A stretch of 64,000 nucleotides of DNA from a virus. Position 1 is the first letter of the stretch. Each line of letters starts with the position of its first letter. The notes beneath the pieces were generated by a model. That model saw only the letters and a list, made by a program, of their open reading frames with translations, was not told the DNA's origin and ran no database searches. Below, in pieces: positions 11,565 through 21,074 of the stretch. The stretch spans positions 1 to 64,000 of the IMG/VR virus record IMGVR_UViG_3300011115_000949, one strand, 5' to 3'. The position numbers were made by a program, and so were the translations under genes.

Positions 11565-11750
11565 TCATACAAGTTGAACTTCTTCAACTTTTTCTAAAAA
11601 ATATAGTATTCCTTCTTTTCGTAATACCATATCTGCATTTAAATGTTCTTTCCATTCATCTACGATTGGGCGGTGTTCTTCCTTAACGGTGCGTAATACC
11701 TTATACATTACACCACTATACTCTAAATATACTTTTGAAATAGCAAACAT
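11565..11750 (-). CDS. Hypothetical protein
   Basis: 61-aa ORF coupled to the clamp gene (TAATG overlap). Confidence 0.6.
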   Translation of the reverse strand: MFAISKVYLEYSGVMYKVLRTVKEEHRPIVDEWKEHLNADMVLRKEGILYFLEKVEEVQLV

Positions 11751-12493
11751 TAAATATCTTTTTTAACAATATAATATGTGCTTTTAATTCCCTCACTGGT
11801 TAAAAACTCTAATTTCATTAGACCTTCTAAGTTAAGGGACATTTTAGTTTTAACTGAGTTGCGGTTTACTGTAAGTATTTCCTTAAGCAATTCAGAGCTA
11901 AACCCTAATCTAAAATCAGTTGATACATTATTTTGTTCAAAATTAGTTAAACAATAAGATACTTTATTTGCATATTCAATATCGCCACCAAACACTAATT
12001 CAACCTGAAAATCATTGTCTAAACTAAATGATTGTTGAAATATAACTATAGTACTTTCAGGTAACGCTGATTTTGCTTTAATAAGTGCTGTAATATGTTC
12101 TTCAGTTAATTCTGTTACTAAATTAAATTCGTCCGGGCCAGTATATGAACCTGCTTTAGGTATAGTTAAAATGTCTGCTAAAGCATAATCCACAGTGAAT
12201 TGTGTATCGGATATAATTAATTTAACAAATTGTTTATTGTTTTTAACATAACTAAGGAGCAATTCACTGCTGGTGATCCCTATTAATTTAAGTAATTGAG
12301 TTGTATTACTGATGCCTATTGCTGAGTCCTCTAATTTAAAATTGTCGCAACTAACTTCACCAATCATTTCGCGGGTGGGTGATGTAAATTTGATAGTTAG
12401 TGTTTTGTCCTTGATTTCCCATTTAACAGTTTCGTTTAAACCATTTAAATAGTACTTGTTAATAATAGACTGTAGGTCTAATTTTGGTATCAT
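11750..12493 (-). CDS. Sliding clamp (T4 gp45-like), putative
   Basis: 247 aa, alternating beta/alpha pattern, EGLMKLEF...STYYIV C-terminus; located between PolB and clamp loader. Confidence 0.65.
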   Translation of the reverse strand: MIPKLDLQSIINKYYLNGLNETVKWEIKDKTLTIKFTSPTREMIGEVSCDNFKLEDSAIGISNTTQLLKLIGITSSELLLSYVKNNKQFVKLIISDTQFTVDYALADILTIPKAGSYTGPDEFNLVTELTEEHITALIKAKSALPESTIVIFQQSFSLDNDFQVELVFGGDIEYANKVSYCLTNFEQNNVSTDFRLGFSSELLKEILTVNRNSVKTKMSLNLEGLMKLEFLTSEGIKSTYYIVKKDI

Positions 12494-12508
12494 AACTTTA
12501 ATTTATTT

Positions 12509-12543
12509 TAAATATAATAAAAAAAGCTTGGTATTCCAAGCTC
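12509..12543 (-). terminator. Intrinsic terminator overlapping the clamp-gene promoter
   Basis: Sense AGCTTGG-AATA-CCAAGCT then T-tract; TTG-N20-TATATTTA overlaps it. Confidence 0.75.
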
Positions 12544-12579
12544 TTTATTTAAAAATTTATTTTATTTTAGTAAGGTACT

Positions 12580-12837
12580 TTATTTATACTCTGTTCCTAA
12601 TAGTTTTCTTAAAACATCCGTAGGAGTTGTATTCTTATAACCGCTTGGAATTGTACCACTTCCAGAATACCTATCACCAAATTGCTCTCCGTCTAAATAC
12701 ACTGAGTATAATTTATTACCAGCATCATCTGTTATATATCGTATCTCATATGTACCGGTTTTAGCTATATTATTTTCATTGTTAATAGCTTCTCGCACTT
12801 CTTCGCGGATTAGTTGTCTTAATTCTGATATTTTCAT
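12580..12837 (-). CDS. Hypothetical protein with MKxSxLxQxIxEE N-terminus (possible internal head protein)
   Basis: N-terminus shared with 27162..28055; late-type motif at 12855-12862. Confidence 0.6.
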   Translation of the reverse strand: MKISELRQLIREEVREAINNENNIAKTGTYEIRYITDDAGNKLYSVYLDGEQFGDRYSGSGTIPSGYKNTTPTDVLRKLLGTEYK

Positions 12838-12871
12838 TTTTATTAAGTTTTGTTATAAATATGTATTTTTT

Positions 12872-15457
12872 TTAGAAAGCAAAGAACTTTTTAACATTTG
12901 CATTAAGAGGCGGAAATTCCCATTTAAGATCAACATATAAGTTTTTTAATTTATTTGCTAGCAACGATTCGAATATTTCCTCAATATCGATATATGTTTT
13001 AACAAATTCCTCGATTTCTGGTGGTGTTTTGGCGTTTGGTATTCCTATTGTGTCTATGTGGAATGGGTTTTGTTTTAGGTTAATTATAAACAATTTATCG
13101 CCCTCTATAATTGATTCGTATTTTTTATCTAGTTTTTTAAATTTAAGTAAGTCGTTATAACGAACAGCCGCTTTAGTGTTGCTAGGTGCTTTTAGTCTAA
13201 ATGAACTAAATATCTCTCCAGCACGAGCAGGTATGTGATATGCTTCTATTTGTTTAACTCCTGTAGGTTTACCTAATAACCTAAAATCTAATGTTTTAAG
13301 TGATTGATAAAAGTCAGTAATTGAATTGTCTATTTCTTCTTTTGATTTACCAAACAATACATTTTTGATTAGGTCTTCACCAAACTTTTTAAATAATTTA
13401 TTCATGTTGGACTTCATTAGTTCAAGTCCCTTCATGTCTAATTCTTCAACAGCAACACCTTCTTTGTTAGTAACATACATTGCATAGCGGCGTTTTCCGG
13501 TCGTAAGCACACCTGCACAAATTACCTCTTGTTTTAATTGGAAGTAGTGAGAACCAGGAGCAATGTTGAATAAACGTTTACTTAAACTGTCTAAATATTG
13601 GTTTGAGTATGTTTGTATTTCGTTTGCTATTTCAAGTATTTTATTGTTTTTATCGTCAGCAGACAATTTAGGATATCTATGTTTAATTAAATCCCCTAAA
13701 ACAATGTACATTGAATCTGTATCTGAAATGCAAATATATTGGTTGTCCGTTTGTAATTCGGTGTTAATGGTTTTATTTACGTTAACAATTGATTCCTGAG
13801 TTAGGCGTTGTCCTGTATTTGTAATAGCAGCACTACAAATCAAATGACCATCAGTATACCTCCACCCATTAATAGCATAAGTACCATACATTGCGTTCTG
13901 TAAGATCTTAAATGCATGTTGAAACAAATCGTATAATTTATAGTTGGTCCAATCCTCTGCTTTACCTGCTTTCTTCTTTAAACCACGATAGTGCTCTCGT
14001 TTTTCAAACCAGCCCTGTAATATTTTAGAACAAACACTTTGTTCATCCGTTTTAAACATAGCACCTGAAGCTGATATAGTAAAATTATTTTGTTCAACTA
14101 TGTTGATTAGGTCTTTAATTTTAACCTTAGCTGCTTTAAGTGTATAATTAGTTTTGTCTAGTTTTTCAACAATAACTTGTTCTTCAGGATCACGTTCTTT
14201 AAGTTTTTCTAATGAATGGTTTTGTTCATAAGTAGCATTGTGTTCTACTTTAATTCGACCAACCAATGTTTCAATACCTAAATTAAGTGATTTAATAATA
14301 CTAGGGTATAGTGAGGTAAAATCTAAATCAATTACGTCAAAATATAAACCAGGTATAGGTTCTAATAAATAACCACCAGCATAACTTTCCTTTATGTTTT
14401 TAAGTGGTGGGTTGTGTGTTGTGGGTTTGTTTGGTGAAACAATACCTTCACGTTTAAGGTACTTTAAAATAGCACCCTCATTCATTACTGTATTGTAGTA
14501 GATACTTTCGTATGGAATGTTACAAATGTGAGATATCATTATTGTTAATTCGATGAATTTAAGTTTTTCCTCTAATTTTTCAATAATTTCAACGTCACGT
14601 AAGTTATAGTCTATAAATCTGTTAATATCGCTTTTAAACAGTGTGTTTAAATTACCTTCATATTCTATCTTACCTAATTTAACATATTTCTCTCCAATGT
14701 CACCTAATTTATAGGACGGCTCTTCCTTCATAATATATTTTTTATGAAGCAACATATAATCTAAATGGTTAACTCCTCCTATAGTAAGCTGTACTTCACC
14801 AGCAAATTCTCTATAGTTAATTTTCTTGATTGGGGATAAACGTAATACTTCACTTTCACCCAATATTTGTTTAATTCTAAAGTATAGGTAAGGTATATCG
14901 AAGTATTCTGAGTTGTAACCACAAATGATTGTTGGGTCTAATTCTTCTAATTTATCAAGAAACCGTTTTGCTAATTCTTTTTCCGAACCACAAGGGATAA
15001 TATGTTTACCGTCTTGGTTTGTTTCTTTAATTTCCTTGCTTTTATCTATAATAAAACAAAAATATTGTTTTGTGGTCATATCCCTCATAGCAATTGAGGT
15101 AAGAGGCATAGGAGCTGATTTAATGTATTCTGGTGTTAGTGCTCCACCCATTTCAATCTCGATATCGAGATAAATTATGTTGTGCCACTCTGGTACTACA
15201 TCGTCATATTTGTAATATAATTCTCGTAATACAAGTAGTTCTTTAGATATATCCTTTTCTAATAAATTAGTATCGTCTTTATTAAATTTTTTAGTTGGTA
15301 CAGCCCAACCACCAGTTAGTATGGGTTGTGCTTTTTCACTCCATTCATCAACACGTTTCCAAAATGTAGGTTGGTATTGAAATTTATTCCAACCAGTTTT
15401 GTCATCACGTAGATAATAGGTGTGTTCTGAGAAATCGTAATAGATGCTTTGATACAT
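12872..15457 (-). CDS. Family B DNA polymerase (T4 gp43-like)
   Basis: Exo I DIEIE, Exo II YNSEYFD, Exo III YNLRDV; DFTSLYPSII, KILQNAMYG, SDTDS. Confidence 0.97.
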   Translation of the reverse strand: MYQSIYYDFSEHTYYLRDDKTGWNKFQYQPTFWKRVDEWSEKAQPILTGGWAVPTKKFNKDDTNLLEKDISKELLVLRELYYKYDDVVPEWHNIIYLDIEIEMGGALTPEYIKSAPMPLTSIAMRDMTTKQYFCFIIDKSKEIKETNQDGKHIIPCGSEKELAKRFLDKLEELDPTIICGYNSEYFDIPYLYFRIKQILGESEVLRLSPIKKINYREFAGEVQLTIGGVNHLDYMLLHKKYIMKEEPSYKLGDIGEKYVKLGKIEYEGNLNTLFKSDINRFIDYNLRDVEIIEKLEEKLKFIELTIMISHICNIPYESIYYNTVMNEGAILKYLKREGIVSPNKPTTHNPPLKNIKESYAGGYLLEPIPGLYFDVIDLDFTSLYPSIIKSLNLGIETLVGRIKVEHNATYEQNHSLEKLKERDPEEQVIVEKLDKTNYTLKAAKVKIKDLINIVEQNNFTISASGAMFKTDEQSVCSKILQGWFEKREHYRGLKKKAGKAEDWTNYKLYDLFQHAFKILQNAMYGTYAINGWRYTDGHLICSAAITNTGQRLTQESIVNVNKTINTELQTDNQYICISDTDSMYIVLGDLIKHRYPKLSADDKNNKILEIANEIQTYSNQYLDSLSKRLFNIAPGSHYFQLKQEVICAGVLTTGKRRYAMYVTNKEGVAVEELDMKGLELMKSNMNKLFKKFGEDLIKNVLFGKSKEEIDNSITDFYQSLKTLDFRLLGKPTGVKQIEAYHIPARAGEIFSSFRLKAPSNTKAAVRYNDLLKFKKLDKKYESIIEGDKLFIINLKQNPFHIDTIGIPNAKTPPEIEEFVKTYIDIEEIFESLLANKLKNLYVDLKWEFPPLNANVKKFFAF

Positions 15458-15460
15458 AAC

Positions 15461-16093
15461 TTATTTCCAATTCATTTTTTGTGCGTGTATTCCAAAATGA
15501 CCATTACTGTCTAATAATGTTTCTTGAGGAAAGTGAGCAAAATTAATTTGTTTTTTAATTAACCATTCTGTTAAACCAAATGGTCCAACAGGTTCTAGTT
15601 TGTGGGGTATTAGTTCCTTTGTTTTGTGATAATGTTCACCGTCGTTTTTTAAATCGGTTCGGTTTAAACAATATTCAATACAATCTTTAAACATGTTAGG
15701 TTTACTAATGATGAATGGATCGTCCATTAAAGGACCAATTCCACTTTCATATACATAACTGTTTGACACTGATGTTAAGATAATATCTTTTTGGGGGAAG
15801 CCAAAGTCATACATTATCTTTTGAAAACGAACTTTCCACGTTATGTCAAAGTCAGTGTATATTCCTCCAAATTTATCTAATATAAGGTACTTTAAAAAAT
15901 TACACTTGTTTATAAATGTAAGTTTAGACCATTGCTCTACTAAATTGTAGTGCTCAAGTAGTTGTAAACAATCTTTATTTTTCCAAACTAAACAGTTAAA
16001 ATTTGAATTTAACCGAGCACATTTCTGATAATTAAGAACATAAGGTTGAGGGACTACTTCGTTATTTCCTATCCAAATAAAATGGACTGTCAC
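15461..16093 (-). CDS. DxD sugar-binding glycosyltransferase (GT32-like)
   Basis: VHFIWIG, FGGIYTDFD, VGP motif. Confidence 0.8.
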   Translation of the reverse strand: MTVHFIWIGNNEVVPQPYVLNYQKCARLNSNFNCLVWKNKDCLQLLEHYNLVEQWSKLTFINKCNFLKYLILDKFGGIYTDFDITWKVRFQKIMYDFGFPQKDIILTSVSNSYVYESGIGPLMDDPFIISKPNMFKDCIEYCLNRTDLKNDGEHYHKTKELIPHKLEPVGPFGLTEWLIKKQINFAHFPQETLLDSNGHFGIHAQKMNWK

Positions 16094-16572
16094 TCAAAAA
16101 ACTGTTTTAGGTTTGGTTTAAAGTAATTTATGTTCTTCATTACCTTACGATCCCTAGTTCTGTATACAATCCAGTAGTCGCCTATTTTTTCATAATGACA
16201 AGGTTCACCTTGTTCTTTACTTCGAACTTCCACAGTTTGTATAGCTTCTTCTTCAGTTGAACAAGCTTTAGACATGTTTGATGCTTGAACCTCTTGATAT
16301 GCTGGCCATATCTTATCTTTAAGGCCATGTAGCATAGCACCGTTCCCAAGGGAAACATAAGTAATATCACAAAGAGCATCCAAAACCTCCACGATGTTTC
16401 CTGTTTCGCAAGCGTGTTTATATTCCTCAAGTTCTTCAAGGATAAAATTGTATACAAACATCCATTCTTTTTCATTAGGAATGGTAGGTGTGTAGTTGTT
16501 TGGTTTGCCCATTGTGGCATTGAATGTCTCTACTTCGGAGACAAACGGTACGTAATTTTCTTTGTTTTCCAT
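16090..16572 (-). CDS. MazG-like NTP pyrophosphohydrolase
   Basis: EELEEY...EVLDALCD and EVQASNMSK motifs. Confidence 0.85.
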   Translation of the reverse strand: MENKENYVPFVSEVETFNATMGKPNNYTPTIPNEKEWMFVYNFILEELEEYKHACETGNIVEVLDALCDITYVSLGNGAMLHGLKDKIWPAYQEVQASNMSKACSTEEEAIQTVEVRSKEQGEPCHYEKIGDYWIVYRTRDRKVMKNINYFKPNLKQFFE

Positions 16573-16575
16573 AAC

Positions 16576-16881
16576 TCATATATATTGTAATAATAAATAA
16601 GATAATTTATAACCTGTGAATGCTCCAAATGCTGATGCAAATGGAAATACCACTAGTTTACCTAGGTCAGTAACGTATTTAGGTCTATTAACTATCTTTC
16701 CCATAAACGAATAATAGATAATATAACCTAAAAAAACTGCTAAGTCCATTTTAGTTGCTATAAAAACAACTAAGATTGCTCCTAAAAACCCAAATATAAA
16801 ATTGTCCCTAATTCCTTCCCATACTTCTTGGGGAGTGGCTTCATTCCATTCTTTAATTATTTTTTTATACCTTTGGGACAT
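16576..16881 (-). CDS. Small multi-pass membrane protein
   Basis: About three hydrophobic segments; overlaps the phosphoesterase stop. Confidence 0.65.
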   Translation of the reverse strand: MSQRYKKIIKEWNEATPQEVWEGIRDNFIFGFLGAILVVFIATKMDLAVFLGYIIYYSFMGKIVNRPKYVTDLGKLVVFPFASAFGAFTGYKLSYLLLQYI

Positions 16882-17563
16882 ATTGATGTAATGTTAAGTA
16901 TTTTTTATATATAATGTAACTATTGTTTTCTATCCAATCTCCACAATTAACATAATGTATACCATCTATGGTTTTCATTTCTGGGTGGTGGATATGACCA
17001 CAAATAACTCCTTTACAATTGCGTTTACGAGCTTGATATGCTAATTGTACTTCAAAATCTGTAATAAACTTAACAGCGTTTTTCACTTTTGACTTAGCCC
17101 ATTTACTTAATGATCGCTTGTAACCAAGACGTTTCATAAAACGGTCTATGTTAATTGCTAATTCGTACCCTACAGACCCTAACATGCCTAACCACCTTAA
17201 CTGTACAACTCCGTCATATAAATCTCCATGTGTAATGAAATAATCATTCCAAATATATTCATCACAAATGGTAATATTTTCTCCAAATTCACTAGGAGAG
17301 TAGTGTCTTAAAAATTCATCGTGATTTCCAGTAATGTAAACTACTTTAGTTCCTTTTTTAGTGTATGAAAGTACTTTACGAAGTACGTTAGTAAAATCTT
17401 GATTCCAGTAATGTCTTTTCTTTAATAGCCATCCATCAATAAAATCACCAACTATAAAAAGTGTTTCGGGGTTGTGGTTTTTTAGTACTTCCAACAAGTG
17501 TTTTGCATTGGAACCTCTACTCCCTAAATGCACATCTGAGATGAATAATGCTTCTACTTTCAT
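16865..17563 (-). CDS. Metallophosphoesterase of the PlcP/LpxH-like family
   Basis: FISDVHLG, VGDFIDGW, GNHD, HGD, GHIH, N.GDWIE. Confidence 0.85.
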   Translation of the reverse strand: MKVEALFISDVHLGSRGSNAKHLLEVLKNHNPETLFIVGDFIDGWLLKKRHYWNQDFTNVLRKVLSYTKKGTKVVYITGNHDEFLRHYSPSEFGENITICDEYIWNDYFITHGDLYDGVVQLRWLGMLGSVGYELAINIDRFMKRLGYKRSLSKWAKSKVKNAVKFITDFEVQLAYQARKRNCKGVICGHIHHPEMKTIDGIHYVNCGDWIENNSYIIYKKYLTLHQYVPKV

Positions 17564-18276
17564 GACCAGTAATTAAAATCTTTTCTAAAATGGTTTATGT
17601 TATTTCTGTTAATGTAGTTAAGCAACAGAAATTTTAAAAATCCAAAGTAGCCCATTTTTTTAAATCTTCGGTTGTCTTGTCCTGCATACATATTCATTAC
17701 TCTAAATTGGCGTCTTTTGTATTTACGACTAAGTAGGTAGTCTTCGCTTTGCGTCACAGTCTCGTCAAATCCACCTAATTCATTAAATGTTTCTTTTGTA
17801 GTAAAGAAATATACTCCTGTGGAAAATGGTTTAATAAAAAAGAATTTTTGTAATACATTAAAACTACTAAAAAATAGTTTAGACATAAAGTCGTTGGATG
17901 TACTTTTAAGTTTACAAGTAATTAATCTATCACCACTTAACCCGTACCAAGCACTATAACTTAAAGTCATAGGATTGTCTAACGTAGTGTCAGCATCCAT
18001 AAATAATATAAATGGAGTAGTTGCTAATTTGGCCCCATTGTTTCGACCAACAGCTACAGGGCCACCAGGAATAATCTCTAAGTTTAAATTAAAATCTTGT
18101 TTTGCTTGGTTTATTTTTTCAACAGTTTTATCTGTTGAGTTAGCATCTGCTACATAAATTTTAACAGTGTTGATTTCAACATTCACTTGTTTTGAAATGG
18201 ATTCTAAAGTATTGTAAATATACTTTTCTTCATTCCTGCAAGGAATAATTATTGTAAGCCAATTATTCTTTTTCAT
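17560..18276 (-). CDS. Glycosyltransferase family 2 (start revised to MKKNNW at 18276)
   Basis: IIIPCRNEE, DANSTD, FMDAD, GGFDE...EDY; the ORF-track extension overlaps a separate small gene. Confidence 0.85.
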   Translation of the reverse strand: MKKNNWLTIIIPCRNEEKYIYNTLESISKQVNVEINTVKIYVADANSTDKTVEKINQAKQDFNLNLEIIPGGPVAVGRNNGAKLATTPFILFMDADTTLDNPMTLSYSAWYGLSGDRLITCKLKSTSNDFMSKLFFSSFNVLQKFFFIKPFSTGVYFFTTKETFNELGGFDETVTQSEDYLLSRKYKRRQFRVMNMYAGQDNRRFKKMGYFGFLKFLLLNYINRNNINHFRKDFNYWS

Positions 18277-18406
18277 TTTTGCTTTCACCAAATAAGTCTT
18301 CACCCTCATACTCAGAGTATTCTTCATGTGCTTCAGCTATTAAATTAGCCCATACTAAAGAAATTAGACTTGCAAGGACCACTGCCATTATTATTGCTGC
18401 TATCAT
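18263..18406 (-). CDS. 47-aa membrane peptide
   Basis: Not in track; MIAAIIMAVVLASLISLVWANLIAEAHEEYSEYEGEDLFGESKNEKE fills the gap exactly. Confidence 0.6.
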   Translation of the reverse strand: MIAAIIMAVVLASLISLVWANLIAEAHEEYSEYEGEDLFGESKNEKE

Positions 18407-18408
18407 AG

Positions 18409-18690
18409 TTATTGTGTTTTAGTTGTATCTATTATTTGTTTTGTTTCTTCTATTTTAATGGGTTCTACAGTAGATTGTACTGAGGCGATTTTAATTTTTT
18501 TAGATTTAGGTTTTTCTATAAACACTGTATCTCTAATAACTGTAGGTTGTTTTATTTCTATAGGTTCAGTGTATGTAGGTGTTTCGTTTAATTTATGTTT
18601 TACATACATTGTAATTATTATTGATATAATCACTATAAACACAGCTACAATAGCCATTCCTGTATAATATAATTTATCAAACTTGCTCAC
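18409..18690 (-). CDS. Membrane-anchored hypothetical protein
   Basis: N-terminal TM helix. Confidence 0.6.
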   Translation of the reverse strand: MSKFDKLYYTGMAIVAVFIVIISIIITMYVKHKLNETPTYTEPIEIKQPTVIRDTVFIEKPKSKKIKIASVQSTVEPIKIEETKQIIDTTKTQ

Positions 18691-19096
18691 GACGTATAGT
18701 TTTAAAAATGTTAGACAATGAATGCTTTACATTAGAACGTATTTCGTTTTCCATTGCTTCCCTACGTTTTTCTACTTCTACATCAAACATTTTAGTAAGA
18801 CGTTCCATGGGTTTACCCCATAAATCAATATGATAACTGTACTGGTGATTTACAATTGTGATTTGATTGTGTTCTATAATTATAAATAGTTGTTTATCGT
18901 CGCTTTCAATATAACGTTTGCCTGAGATAGGTGACATTAGCATAATGCTATTTTCCTGTCTAATTAGTGCTCTACAAATTGAAAAACATTCCCTTTCGTA
19001 TTCATGGGATGTTTTTACTTTACCAGTATAATTTGTCCAATAAATGCTTTTTAAAGCTACTCTTTGTAGAAATCGTTTGATTCTATGTTTGTTCAC
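18677..19096 (-). CDS. Hypothetical protein
   Basis: 139 aa, GTG start downstream of a promoter-like element. Confidence 0.6.
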   Translation of the reverse strand: MNKHRIKRFLQRVALKSIYWTNYTGKVKTSHEYERECFSICRALIRQENSIMLMSPISGKRYIESDDKQLFIIIEHNQITIVNHQYSYHIDLWGKPMERLTKMFDVEVEKRREAMENEIRSNVKHSLSNIFKTIRREQV

Positions 19097-19114
19097 AACT
19101 TTTATTTTATAATA

Positions 19115-19146
19115 TAAATATAAATTAAGAGGCTTTGAAAGCCAAA
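19115..19146 (-). promoter_or_regulatory. Bacteroidota-type promoter
   Basis: Sense TTTG-N20-TATATTTA. Confidence 0.65.
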
Positions 19147-19165
19147 TTTTATTTAATTTTTATAA

Positions 19166-19426
19166 CTATCTTGGAAGTGTTAACATTAATGTATCTCCTG
19201 AACTATATCTTCCAGTAGTATCAATAATTCGTAATCCACCACGTACCCTACTACCTTCAATTCCTTTTAACCAATAAGTACATTCACCATTATCTGAAGC
19301 TGCTGAGTATTTTATTACAAGTTTAAGTTGTTTTTTTCCATTAGTTGTAATGTATAATGGTCTTTTGTTTGGAAATGCAAGACAAGAAACTAATCCAATT
19401 GTAATTAGTGGTAGTAATTTTTTCAT
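19166..19426 (-). CDS. Putative lipoprotein/exported protein
   Basis: MKK + hydrophobic stretch + LVSC lipobox-like. Confidence 0.5.
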   Translation of the reverse strand: MKKLLPLITIGLVSCLAFPNKRPLYITTNGKKQLKLVIKYSAASDNGECTYWLKGIEGSRVRGGLRIIDTTGRYSSGDTLMLTLPR

Positions 19427-19429
19427 AAC

Positions 19430-20545
19430 TTAATTTGATAAAGGTGCTTTAATTGTTGGGTGTGATTGATAGTTTTCTAATGTAAATTGTTCAATATTAT
19501 ATTCAGAAATATCATCCATGTCTCCAATATAATGGTTTGTTTCATCAAAAATATCAATAATTAATTTAGGTAGTTCAAATGGTGTTCGTTCAATTTGTTC
19601 TTTAGCTTGTTCAATATGATTTGAATATAAATGTACATCACCTAAGTTCCCTATTAATTGGTCAGGAACCATGTTAACTTCTTTAGCAATGATTTCAAGT
19701 AGTAAACCATAAGAAGCAATATTAAATGGTAAACCTAAAAATGTATCTACTGAGCGTTGATTCCACATTAAAGAGATTGCTCTGGTTGGGATATTTAATT
19801 CGGTGAAATATTGATGTATATTAGGGACTTTAATATCAAGAGGAACCATAGTAGAGTCTAATCTTTCAATATACATCACATACCTTTCTTCAAAACTCAA
19901 CTCTCTTGTATAAACTTGAAATCCATAATGACAAGGTGGAAGAACCATTTGGTCTAATTCACCTACATTCCAAGCTGAAACCATTAATCTTCTACTATCG
20001 GGATTTGTTTTGAGTTCGTTGATTAGGTTTTGGATTTGGTCTATGTGACCATAGTAACTATATAAAGTTTCTTTTTTTCCTTGATACGCGTAATCTTCTC
20101 TTTTAATTGATTCCCATTTTCTCCATTGTTTACCGTATATCGGTCCTAATTCACCCCACTTCTTTGCAAACTCATCATCTGTTTTGATTTTGTTGATGAA
20201 TTCTTCTTTTGTTTTTGGTAAGTCAATTGCTGGAATAAGTTGTAAATTATTCGCAATTATTTTTTTTGAGTAGTTAGCCCAAGCATCACCATTCCAAATA
20301 TGACAACCATTATCAACTAAATACTTAATGTTAGTATCACCTCTTAAGAACCAAAGTAATTCAGTAACCATTGTTTTCCAAGCCATTTTTTTAGTTGTGA
20401 GTAATGGAAACCCATCTTTCATGTTATGACGGATTTGTCTTCCAAATACTGAAATAGTACCAGTACCAGTGCGGTCTTGTTTTGTAACTCCATTATCTAA
20501 AATGTCTTGTAGTAGTGCTTGATATTGTTTATCTAGGTTGTTCAT
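19430..20545 (-). CDS. thyA: Thymidylate synthase
   Basis: DRTGTGT, FPLLTTKK, LPPCH, QRSVDTFLGLPFN (Asn = dUMP-specific). Confidence 0.97.
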   Translation of the reverse strand: MNNLDKQYQALLQDILDNGVTKQDRTGTGTISVFGRQIRHNMKDGFPLLTTKKMAWKTMVTELLWFLRGDTNIKYLVDNGCHIWNGDAWANYSKKIIANNLQLIPAIDLPKTKEEFINKIKTDDEFAKKWGELGPIYGKQWRKWESIKREDYAYQGKKETLYSYYGHIDQIQNLINELKTNPDSRRLMVSAWNVGELDQMVLPPCHYGFQVYTRELSFEERYVMYIERLDSTMVPLDIKVPNIHQYFTELNIPTRAISLMWNQRSVDTFLGLPFNIASYGLLLEIIAKEVNMVPDQLIGNLGDVHLYSNHIEQAKEQIERTPFELPKLIIDIFDETNHYIGDMDDISEYNIEQFTLENYQSHPTIKAPLSN

Positions 20546-20547
20546 AT

Positions 20548-21024
20548 TTATTTTTTAGGTCGTCCTCTTTTACGACCAAGTTGTACATGTATTCTTTTAT
20601 AAAAATTTAATTTACAATAATTGTATAAATCCTCCAATGTACCTGTACATTTGTCTACAGCTTCATCATAATCCATATCGCCCATAATAAATTCATTTAT
20701 AAATGCTTGTTTAATAGCATTAAGGCGAGCGGTTTCGTCTTTTACAAAATCATCCCTTAAACGTTTTCTTCTTTCTACGTGTATTGTAGCATCATCTCCT
20801 TTTTTATAAATTTCATTCAGTTCCATTTCACAATGCTGCAACTGCCAGAAATAATGAGAAAAATCAAAGTCACCGTTTCGGATTTTGTCCCACAGTGGAT
20901 CGTCTTTATGAAGTGGTTTATTAATTAAATCCCATTTCCTCCACCAAAAAAACTGATTGTATTTTAGTGGTTTGAGCTTCAACATGTTCTGCTCTATGAT
21001 TTCTTTTGGATGTGTTTTTATCAT
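20548..21024 (-). CDS. Hypothetical protein with C-terminal AT-hook-like motif
   Basis: Ends RKRGRPKK. Confidence 0.6.
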   Translation of the reverse strand: MIKTHPKEIIEQNMLKLKPLKYNQFFWWRKWDLINKPLHKDDPLWDKIRNGDFDFSHYFWQLQHCEMELNEIYKKGDDATIHVERRKRLRDDFVKDETARLNAIKQAFINEFIMGDMDYDEAVDKCTGTLEDLYNYCKLNFYKRIHVQLGRKRGRPKK

Positions 21025-21039
21025 AACCTTTATTTACTA

Positions 21040-21074
21040 TAAATGTACGAAAAAGAGTTTTGAACTCAAAACTC
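21040..21074 (-). terminator. Terminator after folE overlapping a Bacteroidota-type promoter
   Basis: Sense GAGTTTTG-AGTT-CAAAACTC-TTTTT; TTTG-N19-TACATTTA. Confidence 0.7.

Noticed and set aside
16182-16520. 112-aa alternative-frame ORF inside the MazG-like gene (likewise 26156..26338)
   Set aside because: Fully nested, no recognisable domain or initiation context.
19430-20545. ThyA as a dCMP/dUMP hydroxymethylase for pyrimidine hypermodification
   Set aside because: Canonical ThyA motifs including the dUMP-specifying Asn.
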